NCBI GenBank assembly: GCA_977020255.1
Contig: CDROCS010000636.1
Span: 1-64,000, forward strand
Reading direction: 5' to 3'
Source: Obrimoposthia wandeli
Lineage: Eukaryota
DNA: 64,000 bases
Part shown: one piece after another, positions 33,660-48,859 of the stretch
Position numbering within the stretch: the stretch's first letter is position 1
Layout of the letters: the number at the start of each line of letters is the position of its first letter
Position numbers and translations under genes: made by a program
The notes under the pieces: model-generated
The model's input: the letters and a program-made list of their open reading frames with translations, nothing else
Databases searched by the model: none
What the model was told of the DNA's origin: nothing

Positions 33660-36125
33660 GGTCAAGTGGTCTAGACTCCATCCTTCTACCTACTCATGTC
33701 ATCAATACATCTTTAACAGATAAGACTTCGTATAAAAATTGAAATATACTAATGTCTTTGTAAACTCCAAATTATGTGAAACAATAATATAATATTACAA
33801 ACAGACTATTAATATGATTAAAGAAACTACAAATGATGGTAAGGTTTTAGTATGTAGTCATTATGGTAGTGTACATGCAGTTTGTATTGTTATCGAAATT
33901 TTATGTTTTCAATGGGTGTTAGTGCTGCTTCCAATCTTGTTACAGCTAATTGTAGTATTTCAGTTCCTAGTTAAAATAAGTTTGTTCCAATTCGTATTTT
34001 TAATCATTATCATGAAGCTATGTAACCTTTATTTTATTCTTTATGAGACCGTGTCTTTGTTAATCAGTATCCAATCAGATTTTAGTTATAGTATATAAAG
34101 AGATTAATTTTATTCCTACTTCATTATTATGTCTATTTCCAATCATTTCAAGCAAGATGTTGCAACAGTGACAAAGGAACATACAAGAAGAATGATTCAT
34201 AACAAGGCCGTCAAACAACTCTAGTTTCTAATCACTAGTTGTGTTTTAATAAAATATTTAAAGTAACAGTTTTTGTTTCAAAAACATTATCCCATCACTG
34301 GACTTTAAAAATAATTCAGTTCTTTAAATTGTAAACCTAGTGGTAGCCGGAAAATTCATAAGTTACTCTAAAAATAATAAATACTTTATATTCAAATTTA
34401 AAAATATATATTGGCATCAGGGTACGGATGGAGAAGCAGTTTTAACCTGTACAATTACTTACAGATACATTTTTATTGATTTTACCCAATATTGCCTTTA
34501 TGACTTAAGAGTTATATACTCAATCCAGTTGGTATTACCGCATATAAACAATTGAAGAAATCTGTTAAAATTATTAAATCAGAAGTTAAGAAATTGATTA
34601 AGTCAGTTCTAAGTGCAAGGAAAAATATTTAACCAATTGTTGCTCGAAAATTAAATAAGAAATCCAGGATTATTGCCAAATTCAATTTTCTTATGCGTGC
34701 ATCGCTTATTCGATGTCCAATTATTCTTAAATCATTCTCTACTTTTATAATATGATGCATAAAATTGTTTCCGATAAAGTATATGTTAAAATTAAAATGG
34801 ATCGCCTATACTTGCTTTGTTTTGTGCTAAACGTAAGGTATTGTATAAACAAAGTGGAGGATTTCTAGTTTCACTTGTGACTTCGGTTAAACTTTCAATT
34901 AGACCATTGATGTACAAAGCATTTATTTATTATTTGAATTTAAATGGGACTCATTTTGTTTCTAATTCCTTGAAACCATCGAGTAATTCACTAAACCCTG
35001 ATTTTTCCATTGTACACTAGTTTTTTAGAATCCATTTTATTTTCTCATTTATCCTTCCAGTATTATTTGTTCTAATTAAAAGAACTAAGGATTTCTACAT
35101 CGAGTTATAGATTTTCTGCGTAATGATGCTCTTTAGATTTTGTGTGATGTCCCTTAAATGTCCTTGACCAGAACTATAAATATAGGCAATCTAATCTCAT
35201 TCGAATTAAATTGTTTGAACTTGGGCCTTTACATTTTGAATTTTTAACATATTTATCGAAAACAGAAAGTACTATAATGTTGTATCAGAAAGAACATGCA
35301 TCCGATCGATGAATAAATTTGAAGATTTTTTTGTGAAGGATTGCCCTATGAAAGTGATTTCCATAATTTATATTTTCTTCAAATCAGAAAACCATGTCAC
35401 CGTTGAAAAGGTAGTAAACATTGATTACACTATTCTAAAATCCTCTACTTTATTCACGAGGCGTAGCTCATTTGCTTAAATACTAACTAGTCCAGAAGTG
35501 AAATGGTTTGCTTTCAAGCACCGCGTTAATTTCTGACACCATTTACGCTTTCACCACAAAGATGTCAAAAATTCATTGGTAATAAATGTGATTATTTTTA
35601 TTTAACCTTTAAATTTTAGTGATATTTACCAACATATTGTTATTGTCTACAATTCCTTAATGGGCTTTAGTTCATAGTTTTCTTCGTAATATTATTGAAT
35701 AACTTATCTAACACTATATATGTACACAAACGTGATTCAGTGTCTTGCTAAAGAGGAAACATAATAATTGGTTTGCTAAAATGAACGCACATTAATGACT
35801 TTGTACGTATTTTATTCATAAAAATTAACATAATAGGTAATTAAGCCATCATTAATTTAACTAGTGAAAATATCGATATTATTAATATGGAAAAACAAAA
35901 ACAAAATAAGAAAATATGTTAAATGCAAAGGATAACATCAAGGGCTGTTAAGGGGTAGTAGTTAAAATATGCGCAGCAGAATTAGGTCAATTTCCCAATT
36001 TTAGACCCAGCTTCTTAGACACAAAACTGCCCAAAAGCAGCCAAGCTATGGACAGGTCAACGAGGCGCATCTGAACCAGGGCAAGATTCATAGTGACACA
36101 GTAGGTCAACGAGGCGCATCTGAAC

Positions 36126-36278
36126 CTGGATCTGTTCGGGATCCATAGTGACACAAAAGCGTGACAATCCTGTGACAAGAGAGAGCTTTATTTGTTGCTC
36201 GGTGACAACTTGATCAAAAGAGCGAAGCACTTCGTCCAAATAAGATCGTTTTTTGTTCTGCCAAGCAAGCCATCGCGT
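36126..36278 (-). CDS. Possible host exon, product unknown
   Basis: atttcag acceptor, then open frame TRWLAWQNKKRSYLDEVLRSFDQVVTEQQIKLSLVTGLSRFCVTMDPEQIQ; the donor is weak. Confidence 0.4.
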
Positions 36279-39200
36279 CTGAAATATGAAGCATATTAGT
36301 CACACAAATCAAGAAAAATACAAATGGGATCTGGAATATATTTCCTTTTGAAAAATTATTAAACACATAATAAGTTACAAGTTGACAGCGACACTACTAA
36401 AGATTATAACCAGTAGCTCCCTACATCGAACTAACACATGAAGTTATTGTGGAAATCAAAAATATTTACAAAATATTCTCAAAAAAATAAACAGGAAATT
36501 TTTTTAAATATCAGCTCCAATAAAACATTATGTACAAATAAATAAAATTATTAATGTTATAGATTAAAATATAATTAAATGACAAAGGCAGGAATAACTG
36601 TAAAGAAATACTTAGAAGGTAAATACTAATTTCAATTTACAAAATGGGATTGCAGTTGTTAGAATTTAACTTCAGCATGTAAACATTAAGTTGTTGCATA
36701 ATTAATGTCGGGTTTCAATATCAGAATTGCAATGCAACTTCATACTAGTTTTAATGAATCAAATTTGGTATTCGTATTATTCATTTATTGCCTTTTTCTA
36801 GGTATGTTTTTATATGAGAAAACCAAATCAGAATTTTGTTTGGAACATAACCAAAATGGATTATTCTTTGCTAAAAACTAGGTCACACAGCAGCGATAAA
36901 AAACATATATATAAATATAGAGAGAGCGATTAGTGAAGGTTCTGTTGGGAAAAGTACCACTCAAATACAGTTTGAAAGGTTTACATCTGCCATCACTAGC
37001 TTCTGACCAAGTAAGTCCTATTATGCTCCTATTACAATGGATAAATACAACATAAAGTAAGCTGTTAAATTAAATCCTTAAACTACAAAGGTTTAAACAT
37101 ATTTAAATTTAATAAGCGGTTCTAAATGATATCAGCCCGTAAAAAGCCACTAGACTAAAAATACATTCAAAATAGCAACAAAAATAACAACTCAATAACT
37201 AAATGAGGCTGTGATTTTATACCAAAACATCAAACATTGCTTATATTACAAAAAGATTTTTCACAACATTGAAGCCGAGATTTGGATGCAAATAATACAC
37301 CAAGACTTGAGTTTCAAGATTATTTACTGTTTAAAATTCCAGTATATCAATTAAATCGCTTGTAAAACATTTAAACTAAGTTGTCAGAATTATATTCAGC
37401 TTGAAGAATTGAATTCCAGAATCTATTTATTATCTAGAAGGGTATTATCACACAAAATTGCAAATAATTATATGATCATCTGGAGCCTGTTGCAGTGAGC
37501 ATGTATATGCATCTGAGGAACAATGATGAAAATTCTCAAATAACAAGCAGAGTGAAATATTTACAATTTACCGATCAATACAAGAAACTGTAACCAAATT
37601 GAAAAATTTAGAAGCAGACGAAGACTTTACTATTCAAAAAACATTACAAAGCAAAATGGAAAACAGTAAGCACTTTTGAGTAATATATAATAGATTTATT
37701 AAAGGTAGCGCTATATAAAATATATATTATTGGTAGAAAAAGTATCAAAATGGAACTTAATATAGAGTTTACATACGACTAAATAACATACTCTGTTCAG
37801 ATTGTGGAAAACAATTGTTACGGTGTCATCTCACGTTTTTTAATATAATAAATCGCAGGCCAAATAATAAAAATAAATCATTTATTTCATTAAAAATAAG
37901 TAAATATATGTGCACATGTACTCGATAAGGAAGAAACAAGTATAATGCTTGTAGAATGTCCCCAGGGAATGAAGTAACGGGCCGCATTTGGGGCACCACA
38001 GGCTTACGAGATACAAACAAATAGTTGTAATTTACATTAGACGCTTAGTTAATAGTCTCGTTAAAGTGAGATCACCAAAAGAATCCTTATATACTTGTAG
38101 AGTTCGTTGTATAACTTTGTATGTACGACTTGTCTGCAAGCGATAGAATCGTTTGGACTATTTGACTAAACCCTTGTTATAATCCGTCCTTTGTCGATAG
38201 TAAAAAGTGTCTTTAAAATGTGACCTTAAGTAGTTCTTTGTAATCTAAGGATCCTTCAGTATATTCTATTACTTTTGCACAAGCAATCTTGATTATTTAA
38301 ACACGTGCAACCTTAAAAATGAAAGTTCTAACTGTATGAGCAATATTCAATCATAAAACTAACACTTAAAGGATAACAACTATATCCATCAACTAAACTT
38401 TTACAAAGGCAAAAGCAGTAAAATAATGAAATCAAGGATAAAGTCAATATTAGAATAAATTTATCTGCTTTAAACACAATGTAATAATATATAATGAATA
38501 AAACTTACACATTTTGTCTTATACTCTCCATATTTTTTGGTACTTATAGATCCAACTTCATCTAAAACAATTCAAAAATACAAATATATTCATTTTCAAC
38601 GATACCATCTTCAACTTTAACCATTTCATCATAACGCTTCCTCAGTTTTTTCTCTATTTTATTCTGTAAGTCTTCAAATTTCCGGATTTCTTCTTTCATC
38701 TTTTTATCATTTAGTAATTTGAAAATTGTATTACACTCATCTTCTGAAAATGTAGTACTAAGTAATTGCACATTAAATTTCTGAAATATTAAACTAACTT
38801 AGGAATCTTTAGAATTAAATGAGCTTTTAAATGTTCAATAGTATTCATTTTTTGTGTAATTTAAAATTTAAAATTGAATTATGATCAAGGTTTTTCTATT
38901 TCATTTATCATGTGTTTAGAAAATATTAAAATTAATAAATCTCAAAGTAACCTTAGAAAAAATATTATAATGAATAAATTTTAAAGTTACGATTTCATGT
39001 TACAAAATTAATTCAAGTTTATAGTATAAAAAATAATATCAGAAATTAATATATGTATAATTCCAACATATACTTTCTCAATAGCGTAGCCCAAAAGAAT
39101 AGAGAATGCATAACAATTCAAAAGGAAGGTAATACTAACAATATATATAAAAATTAAATTATAACATTGAAATTGTTGTAACTTGATAATATATAACCTA

Positions 39201-39861
39201 CTGTATTTTCTCTTTAAAATTTCTCACCTACAATGAAACCCAGGTTTCTAATTGAGTTCAGGTTTACGATAAAATTGAGATGAATTCTTTTTTGTAAATC
39301 CTTATAAATCCAATTAATAGTAATAAACATTGAATTTATTTGTATTTTTAAAATGAAACTTTTATGCGTTGAGCATAAAATAACAAAATTCAAAATGATT
39401 AAATAATAATTTATTACTTATATTAAAACAATTTATAATTAACATAAATGTTATCAAAAAAGTAAAACAAAAACTATGGGGAAACAATTTCAAAAGTTTC
39501 AGACTGCTTAATATTCTGTTAAGAATATAATATTCTACAATCCATCCATTCTCCTACCTTAGTTGAGGTCCATGAATGAAGACTTTGACGAATAAACTCT
39601 AACTTTTATTTAATTTACTAGACTCATATCCCAACATTTAGCTATTATTATGATTCTGTTGACTTACTGGCTTTAGAAAAAAGGTAATGTAATATTCATC
39701 CATTAACATGATTAATAACCTAAGAGAAAACCATGTGTAGGTGTGCATACGTTAGTATTGTAAAGGTTTATTTAGATTTTACTCTATAAGACTGTTTGAC
39801 ATGGTACTTTGCTGCCATCAACCATTTTAAACATCTGCAATTCTATAACACCTTTTCTTAG

Positions 39862-40363
39862 ATAGAAAAAGAGAATGGCTCGACACTCACAATCCGAAAC
39901 CTATCAGAGTTACTAAGAGACTGAACCGAAAAGTGCATTCATTTTTGACCATACGTGAGTACAACAAAATGATGGATAAAATTGTCTTGGATGAGATTAT
40001 TAGGTTTCACATTCAATTTAGGCAGTTGTCAGTTAGCTTTGGAATAGGAAACTGCAAAATTGGTCGCTTATGTAGGCCACAGGTAACCTGTAATTTATTT
40101 GTTTAAAGCATTATGTGCATTTGATCCACATAAATGACTTCTTCTTTTCAGAGAATTACGGGTACAATTTGAATCAACTCCAACATTAAGGGTTAAAAAT
40201 ATATACCTGTACATTGTAGGGCTTGATAATATCAAATATCACCAGATATCACAACGTTTGGGAAGGTAGTGAAAGGATGATTAATCCTGCTTACAGACCT
40301 AGCGAAACCTTATATTGCACTGTATGTGGTGGCGTCAGCGTGTGTCAAACGTTTCTTCTTCAA
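39862..40363 (+). CDS. Possible small multi-exon gene fragment on the + strand
   Basis: Exon-like segments 39862-39954 (cttag|...|GTGAGT) and 40220-40363 (gtag|GLIISNITRYHNVWEG...CTVCGGVSVCQ|GTATGG); no family recognised. Confidence 0.3.
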
Positions 40364-41178
40364 GTATGGCTCGGTATTGGCACCATTTTCATGCTTTATC
40401 TCTTTAGAACAAAACTGCTCTCATACTGTTCTTTCTTTACATTAACAGTACGTAAATATTGACTAGGAAATAAAATTATTTTCAAAAGATTACGCTTTAC
40501 CGTGAAAAACAGCAAAATTTTCAAATTTTTGCTGCGAAAATTCATTAAATTTGAAGGTTTATAAATTTTGAAAATATTGTCAAAATTGAAGAACATACAT
40601 ATTCTGACAATTTTTGATTTATACTATTCCGTTTGGTTGATTAGACATGGCATCTCATCTATAATATTTAAACAAAGCATTACAAGTTAAATAAAAGTTG
40701 ATCATGGCCATGTATAAGCTTATTAAATTATTTTCAATGAAACTCCAGCAACTTCAGCAACTCCAGTTGTTTTGCTATTTTTTTCTGCAGCACTTCATGA
40801 ACCTTTCTTTTGAAGCAGATAAGCAACAACTTGGAAAATTCTAAATGCGCTTCTCCGTATAGATATTTGAGTTTTAACATTGTTTTATTAACTTAATTGA
40901 TTAGCAATTTATGTTAACGATATTGTAGCAAACATGCAAATGCAATCAATTGAGCTACACTATAACCTTATTTTGGGGGAAAAGTAAATTAGTGAACATT
41001 ATCAGAGTTTTTAATCAATCTGAAACTTGACAAATTCGGTGATTATGATTACTTACTCAACATTGTGTTATTATTTAAACCGATTATATTTGTCAAAGGA
41101 ATATTTTGGATAAGGACCATAAAAAACTGAGAACGAACAAATCTTTAAATCTGCCCTACACTTTTCATTCATATAGAA

Positions 41179-41626
41179 CCGTGGTTCCCAAAAGGGGTCA
41201 TTAGCTAATTATGGGAGTCATGGAGAATCCAATATTTTGAGATTTTTATTAATGATATTTAATTTAAACTGCAACGAAAGTAAAATATCTGTATCAATAT
41301 TAATTAAATACTTTTTTGTTTAATTTTATCAATTTCATAAAAAGGTAAGTTTTATATACATTTTATTTCATTTTTAGAAGTTTTAACTACCAATCGATAT
41401 TTTATTTTGCTTTTGTCGAAGAAACTTACATACGATCAGAATTTTTCATCTTTGGCGTCTTATTGTTGTTAATCTTGATATTTTTTACTTTCGATTCTTA
41501 TTCATTGTAGATTATTTAAGAAACTAATTGTGAATAAAATAATTAAAAAAGTAGGTAGAATCCAGGGTTCAGTCTAAATCGAATTTTAGAAAATGGGTTA
41601 TAGAGTAAAAAAGTTTTGGAACCTCC
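41179..41626. mobile_element. Degenerate hAT-type MITE
   Basis: Ends ccgtggttcccaaa and aaaagttttggaacct resemble CAGTGGTTCCCAA-type TIRs; TSD unclear. Confidence 0.3.
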
Positions 41627-44600
41627 TAGAATAATTTCATCTTCTTCATTTTTTTCAAATTTATCTATTGTAGGCTCTTTTTATATCTAAACCTATACAT
41701 TTTTCATCAAGATATTCATCATTCTAGTCTTTGGATGAATATTAAATTTCGATAATATATCTATGTTGCAATTGAATATTTTGCGAGTCTTACTTGTTTG
41801 AATATTTTAATAATATAGTTACATTCGTAATTTAATACATGATATTTCGAATACATTTAAAGAATTCTTTTAATTCCTATCATTACATAACACATAATAT
41901 TGTCAAATTTTGAAATGTGAAAATATGATTTAAAACTATTATTAAAACAAACAAAAACGTAATAAATATAATTCAAAAAATATTTATATGAATTTTTGAA
42001 AACATTTCCAAAACATTAATAACTACATATATAATTAAAATTCACAGCAGTGAAAGGCGAATATTTTAACCGACAACTCGACTAACCAAAAGAATCACTT
42101 TGGGACATAGTAGAAAAAGGGAAAGCCTAAGTAAAGGTGTATTAAAATGTCAAAAGTGGATATTCATCAAGAAATACAAGTAATACATATACATCACTCA
42201 TACACATCGTTGGTTTAGCTTATGCATGACAACAAAAATTAAAAAAAGACACAGAAGCGAGAAAGGTAGCCAGTATTGAGGCTAGTGGGATATAGGGGAA
42301 ATATGGGAAGTGAAGGAGATATCGCAGGAGAGGTGATATGTCGACTGAGAGGCAGTGGAGGTTGAGAATGAGATTTCATCGGTATCATGGTATCAATTGG
42401 AGAGTTCAGAAATGGAGACTATGAAGAATGGTTTTGTCGAGCTCGGTGAGGCTATGATTTCTGGAGTCTCCAAGACCTGTATTAAGCATGGCATGAAATA
42501 TAGAAGTAACAAATTAAAAAGTGATGACAAGAACAATGGCAGTAAGTAATTGATCACTGCTTAAAACTGGGTTATCCAGTCTGGACAAAGGTTTAGCCAC
42601 GACTGCTCGAAAAGCCCGATTCTAAATATTTGTTTGCATGGGCTTTTTGTTGTAAATATTAAGAATACTTAAAATAATCATAATAAATCAGAACTTGGTA
42701 TTTAACACTTTTAAAATTGACATGCGAAAATGAATATTCACCACGCTAAAATTCTATTTGAAAATGTTATTTGAACCAAATTTTTATTTAATAATTTTCA
42801 CTTTGATGGATTTTTACAGTATAATAAATTTTATACTGCGTATAAGTCATTTAGTACAATAAAAAAGTTCAAAAAATATGAAGTTACCATTACCATGCTC
42901 TTGAATCAAGCTCATTCTAATTAACTTAAATATTTTGCAGTACTATGCTGCCAATCAAAAGCAAAGCAATGAAAAGTGTTTTTTGTCGTTGAACATGGGT
43001 TTAGCTATTTAATGTGCATGTTAATAATTTATACTTCCCTTCAAAAATTACTCACAAATGTTTTTTTTTAGATATTCACATTTAAAAATATATTAAATTT
43101 ACGTTTGTGATAATCAACGTAAACATAAATATTCATTTTTTATAAAATTGATATATAAACATAAATATATATATAAATATTTTTGAAGGATAAACAGCGT
43201 AACTAACAAAATGTTTTCATTTTATGTTAAATAAAAGTTAAGATTTTTAAAAATAATAATGAGTAAAAATTTATGGTCAATAAATTTTTTATTTTCTGAA
43301 CATTTCATAATTTAGTAGTCTAAAAAATTGAATTAACAATTATATATTTTTCTAAATCGAGTAGACACTAATCATTTAAACCCTTGTATATTTATATAAA
43401 TAAAGACAAATCGAAAGACAAACTTAATTACTCGTTGAAGTACATTAAACTAAAAATAAGTTAACCGTACTTTCGTAGGTACTACTAAACATACTTACAA
43501 GGGAATAATCCTCACTAAGCATTACTGAATATTAAATTAATCAATTTAAATAGATGTAAATATTTGTAAGACACCATTTTAATTATTCACTGGTAAATAC
43601 CTGTAAAAATTAAAGAAAAGATTAAATAAAACGATGAAATTAATTTTGTTTAAATAATATTATATAGCCAAACTTTTTAACGAAATTGGTTTTGAAATTT
43701 TTTTTTCTACAATTATGTATGCAAGTCATATTAAAAAAAGAATTTATATCAAATTTTCATATAAAAAATATTAATGCTTTTCAATTATTTAGAAATATCA
43801 AATTTATCTAACTCAAAATTATGTTAAACCTATTTAAAACCACAATTTTAAATAACCTATATAGGCTTATAATTTGAAATATAAAAAATTAAAACAAAAC
43901 TTTCAATCATCGTTGTTTGACGTCTTTTAGTAGGTATACAGATATTAAGAAACAGTAAGCATATATTCATCATCTATTTAATATTAAGATTGTTGGATAC
44001 CGCTTAGTATTGCCACAGTTGAAATAATACATTTTTTGCACAAAAAAGATAATATATATATATATATAAAACTGAAATTCTTGATATGGTTGGTATTGAA
44101 CAATTACTCCATTGATAGATAAATTTGTCTGTTACTTGGCTTATCACTTTTTTTACGACTTATATCATGTTTTTGTTCTTGCAAACATTTGACTCTACCA
44201 ACGATCTCGATCGTGGACGACAATATTTTGCTGTGACAATTGACCCAAAATTTAATTTCACATTTCTGGAATTATTATAAATAGATGTTCTTTGGGAAAC
44301 TTTTTGTTTCCTGTGAAATTGTGATAAATACGTTCTTGGCATTATTATTAGTTATTAGATTAAACTAAGTGTAATGTATTAATATACTAATATACTAACT
44401 TGGTAAATTATGTATTAACTTACGTAACTATTAATTAATAAATTATTAATCATTCAATAATCTCTTATAATTTGAAAAGTAGATTACTAAAATGTTTTAT
44501 TATTTTGGCAAACGTTTTTTTGTATTTCAAATCTTAAAATTAACATATAATTAATTTTTATATAAAAAGTTATCTTTTTATATAATAAACTTTTTAAATT

Positions 44601-47600
44601 TGATTTTGGAAATACCCTAATATAAAATATCGTTATAGATCTTTGATTACTGATTTATTAAAATTGATTATATATTTTATTAAATTAACTGACAATACAT
44701 AAATTTATTTCTATATATTTAATAACACGAACAATCTGAAACATATTTGAAATATGAGAAATCAAACGTTTTTAATCCACATACATAAATTTCAAACAAA
44801 TATTCATTTATTTCTTCTTAAAATATCAAAAAATTCAAGAATTCCTTTTATTACCCGACTTTTACACAAAAAGATGATATAAAAATTAACTAGATTTGCA
44901 TATGATGGAATCTTTTAAGAAGGCAGCAAAACACTAAATGTTGTTGAAAATAGTCAAATGAAAATTTTAATCGTTAGAGATTCGAGGAGGAACCTGCTAC
45001 ACGATAACAACTTAGAACTAACAGGTTCTAAGTATTTTAGTAAAAGTAAATTTAATCAACAGTAGCCAGATTTAAATATGTTATTATTTATACGTTTCTA
45101 ATTAATGTAGATAAGAGATTTCCGGATATTTTGGATAATTTAAATGATTGTGATTTATAGTTCATTTGAACTGACTGAAATATTTATGAAATATGGGATG
45201 ATCCGACTATTTTTATGATTTTTTCATTTAGTTCCGTTCTGCCGAGGAGTTTCAATACTCAAAACCTATTTGTAAAATACTTTTTATTTAAAGTACATAT
45301 TAGTTCAGATTGGATTTGGAACAACAATTTATGGATCAGGTATGTATTAGTAAGTATAATTCTTATTAAAATTAACTTACCACTTCTGTCACTCTGAAAG
45401 AAGAATCTGTTTTCACAATTTATCGTTGTAGAATATAATTGACAATATAATTACTCGTTTGAGATTCGCTTAACTCTCCGAGAATTTTCTTCACACACAC
45501 AAACTAACTTTACCTATCTTTATCATAATGTTGATTTTCTGTCAAAAAATTGTCTTACTCTAACTTAAAATAATACTTAATCATCCTAAAAATGTGAAAA
45601 ATATTTTAACTCAATTGCATAATTTGACTATCTTTTGAATAACGGAAGTTTTCTGATGGCATTTCCTACTCGAAATATGATAGTAATATATCAATTTTGA
45701 ACTGTTTTATTTTAATCCGATTCGATTAATATTTAAAAATTCAAATAAACACTTGATTGGTGCGAATTAATTAAAATTAATTAGTTTTTAAACAGCATTC
45801 TTAAACAAAATTCTTAACTTACCGTATTGGCACGATTTTAGCGTGACCTTGAATATGCTAAATTGCAACCAATTTTCGACCAAATATGTTAATATTTTCT
45901 AAAGTAGTTATTTACAAAGCTGACTGACCTTTCATGCCTATACCGTGGAACTTTACTATCACGGACGCTGTCTATTACGGACATAACTTTATTACGGAGA
46001 AGTAAAATAGTCCCAAGAAATTTCACACTAATCTTAATGTATTAGTTTTTTTGTATTAAAAACATTATGAAATGCGAATTGCGGACAAAAATTAAAATGA
46101 TAATATTAATAGATGTTTATTTTTCTTGTATTAGGGACAAAATTTTAGTCGACATATAACAAAAGGGTTGTGTATCTAAATCTTGTTTCTTTTGTTATCC
46201 TTTTCTGATTGATGAGCTGTGATGTGATTACGCAAAATGTGAACTTTGTAATTTTCTAAATTAATAGATTTTTTCCAATCTCGTGTGAATTTTATCTAAC
46301 ATACAAAAGATGACTGCAACTTGACGACTATTTAGATTTGGATTTCCCCCTAAGGTCGATAGAAGAACATCTGAAACTTCAATCGAATAAAAGTAAAAAA
46401 CACTCCTTGATACCCGGCTATTTTTCTCCTTAAATATTTGTTTGACTCCAAATAATTGTTTTTGTTTAATAATGCATCTAAAGATATGAAGAGTATTTAT
46501 ATAATTATTACAGTATTAGAAAAATTACAAAATTTATTAATTTTTTTGCCTTTATAATGGGGATAACTTTGTATTGCGGACAAATATATCATTCCAATAC
46601 ATGTATGTAAAAGATAAATGTCCCTGTATAAGATACCTTTATTCATAATATTCATCACATAAACAGAGAAATTGTAAAAAAAGAAAACTCCCTTTATAAT
46701 CGAACCAATCGATTAAATAAGTTGTGTTTTTTTCGATTTAATTTAAGCTTAAACTGATCATTAATATATTTCTTTAAACAAGAAAGTAAAATAAAAGAAA
46801 GCCGCCACATGAACTACTTGCCTGACATAGATTAGAAATAAATTATCCGAAGGAAGAAATTGATTGAGTCAATTAAAAAGTCATAAATATACAATTATGG
46901 TTTAAAAGATATAATTCAAGGGAAATCTTTCTTTAATTTATATAAAAGACGAATTCAATATTATTAGAAAATCAATTCAGTATATTAATTAATAAAATTA
47001 ATATTTTGGACAACCATCAATTAATAATAACTTCTTTTTTTTTACGAAATAGCAAATTTCTAGTTTAAATTTTTCAGCTTATTACCAAAAAATTCTATAT
47101 CGTCACGATTTTGAAATATAGATATAGTCAAAAAACACATTTTATAACCTAAATAACGATTTGACATACATATAAAACAGTATATTTATTATCACAATTA
47201 ACTGATAGGGATGATATGTTACGAGAACGAGCTTGTATTAGTTTCTAATAGAGACCATTATTGCAAACGTGTGGCAAGTAAATTTCCGTTTACCGTTTAG
47301 AAAGATTCAAATAATTTAACTGACCCTGACCTATATAGATATAGAATTTTTACAAATTACAGTAACAATTTAATTAAATAAGAATTAAAATATTAAAAAT
47401 TAATTTCTAGAATCCAAATCATAAATTAAAAATATTTTCATTATAAGGAGGAAAAAAATTCGTTTAGCTCTAATGATCCTGAAAAAAAACTCATTTTAGA
47501 ATTTTGAAGTTTGAAAAGTATGGTAAAAAACGTTGTAAAGTACATCAAGTATACGATTAAAATAATTGTTTTGATATGTAGAAGTACAATAGAATTTGAC

Positions 47601-47727
47601 TATGTCAGTGATTTTAAATTCCTAATTAAAAAATAGATGGTAAATGTATAATTACTTTAATAAATTTTAATATTTAAAGAGTTTTAAAAAAAGAAATCCT
47701 AAAATTTGTGTAAATATTGCTCTAGAT

Positions 47728-48066
47728 CAGTGATTCCCAATCTATGCGTCGCGACACACTAGTGTGTCGCCAAGCATATATAAGTGTGTCGCGAAAATTT
47801 TTAAATTGCTATATGATTTCAAATTTGGAATTATTTTCGAATTATGAATTGTAATTTTCAAATTGTGAATTATCATTTTCCAATTGAGAACTATTATTAA
47901 AGCGAATAATAAAGTGACGAATTATTTAATAATCCATTTTTTATTTATTTAGCATTTATATCCATTTGTAACTGGTTTAGTTTCTTAAAATTTTAAATTT
48001 GATGTGTCGCGACATTAAGCGAAAAAAAAAAGTGTGTCGTTATTAAAAAAAGATTGGGAAACACTG
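47728..48066. mobile_element. hAT (Buster/Charlie-type) MITE
   Basis: TIRs CAGTGATTCCCAA / TTGGGAAACACTG flanked by a perfect 8-bp TSD CTCTAGAT with central TA. Confidence 0.88.
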
Positions 48067-48859
48067 CTCTAGATACTGCAGCTGTCGCGCATGAAACTAA
48101 ATCCTATGAGTCTTTTGACCAGTTTTACTTTACTCAGAATAATCTAATTGACGAGGATCATGATTCTGAAATAGAACCAACAGTCAAAGTTCTGATAATC
48201 AATGATCTAGTTATGATTTTCTTATCTTGTCTTATCTTATCTTAGTTAAAATTGGAAGATTCTCATGTTAATAAAAACTCTGACAGATAAAAAAGCGGAC
48301 TTACAATGATAACCATTAAAAATATAATTACCGAGATATTGTTTTGCCTATTTTTTCTGTATATTTCTCACAATACAAGTCACAGACGTATAATATTTTA
48401 AAATTGACTTCTTTTTTTCTTCCTCAATTCTGCTTGCAAAATGTTAACTATCATATTTGTTATTTAAAATAAATTTATTTACTTATTTATTTGTTAGTTT
48501 AAGTTAAAATTGAAAGAAATTTAAGTCACTTTTAAAAATTAAAACGAATAACTACTTTTAATTATTCAATAATTTATTTTGACAATTAGCCTAACCTCAA
48601 TAATTTGCGACGGTTTATACGAGATCTCTAAATTGTTTTCAAATCCATAAATTTATAAAACTATTAGAAACGCAGCATTTTTGTAATTCGATTAAACTAT
48701 ATTTCTTATAATGTTTTTGGAGAGCTAATAATTTAGAATGACTTTTGAAATAATTTTGTAAGCATGAAGAAAATTTGTGATTTGAACTTCGATATCCCCC
48801 GATAGTTTAATACTTTAGAAATTTCATTTATACGCGAAAAATATATTGTACCAATAAAA

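Noticed and set aside
33800-34800. Possible minus-strand chemoreceptor (7TM gustatory-like) pseudogene fragments
   Set aside because: Only short hydrophobic stretches with many stops; the resemblance is too weak to support.
33690-35300. Remaining Polinton genes (integrase, capsid, ATPase, protease) beyond the hairpin
   Set aside because: No ORFs or motifs for them were found on either strand.
36054-36155. Local ~50-bp tandem duplication at the end of a putative exon
   Set aside because: An ordinary slippage-type duplication with no evidence of function.
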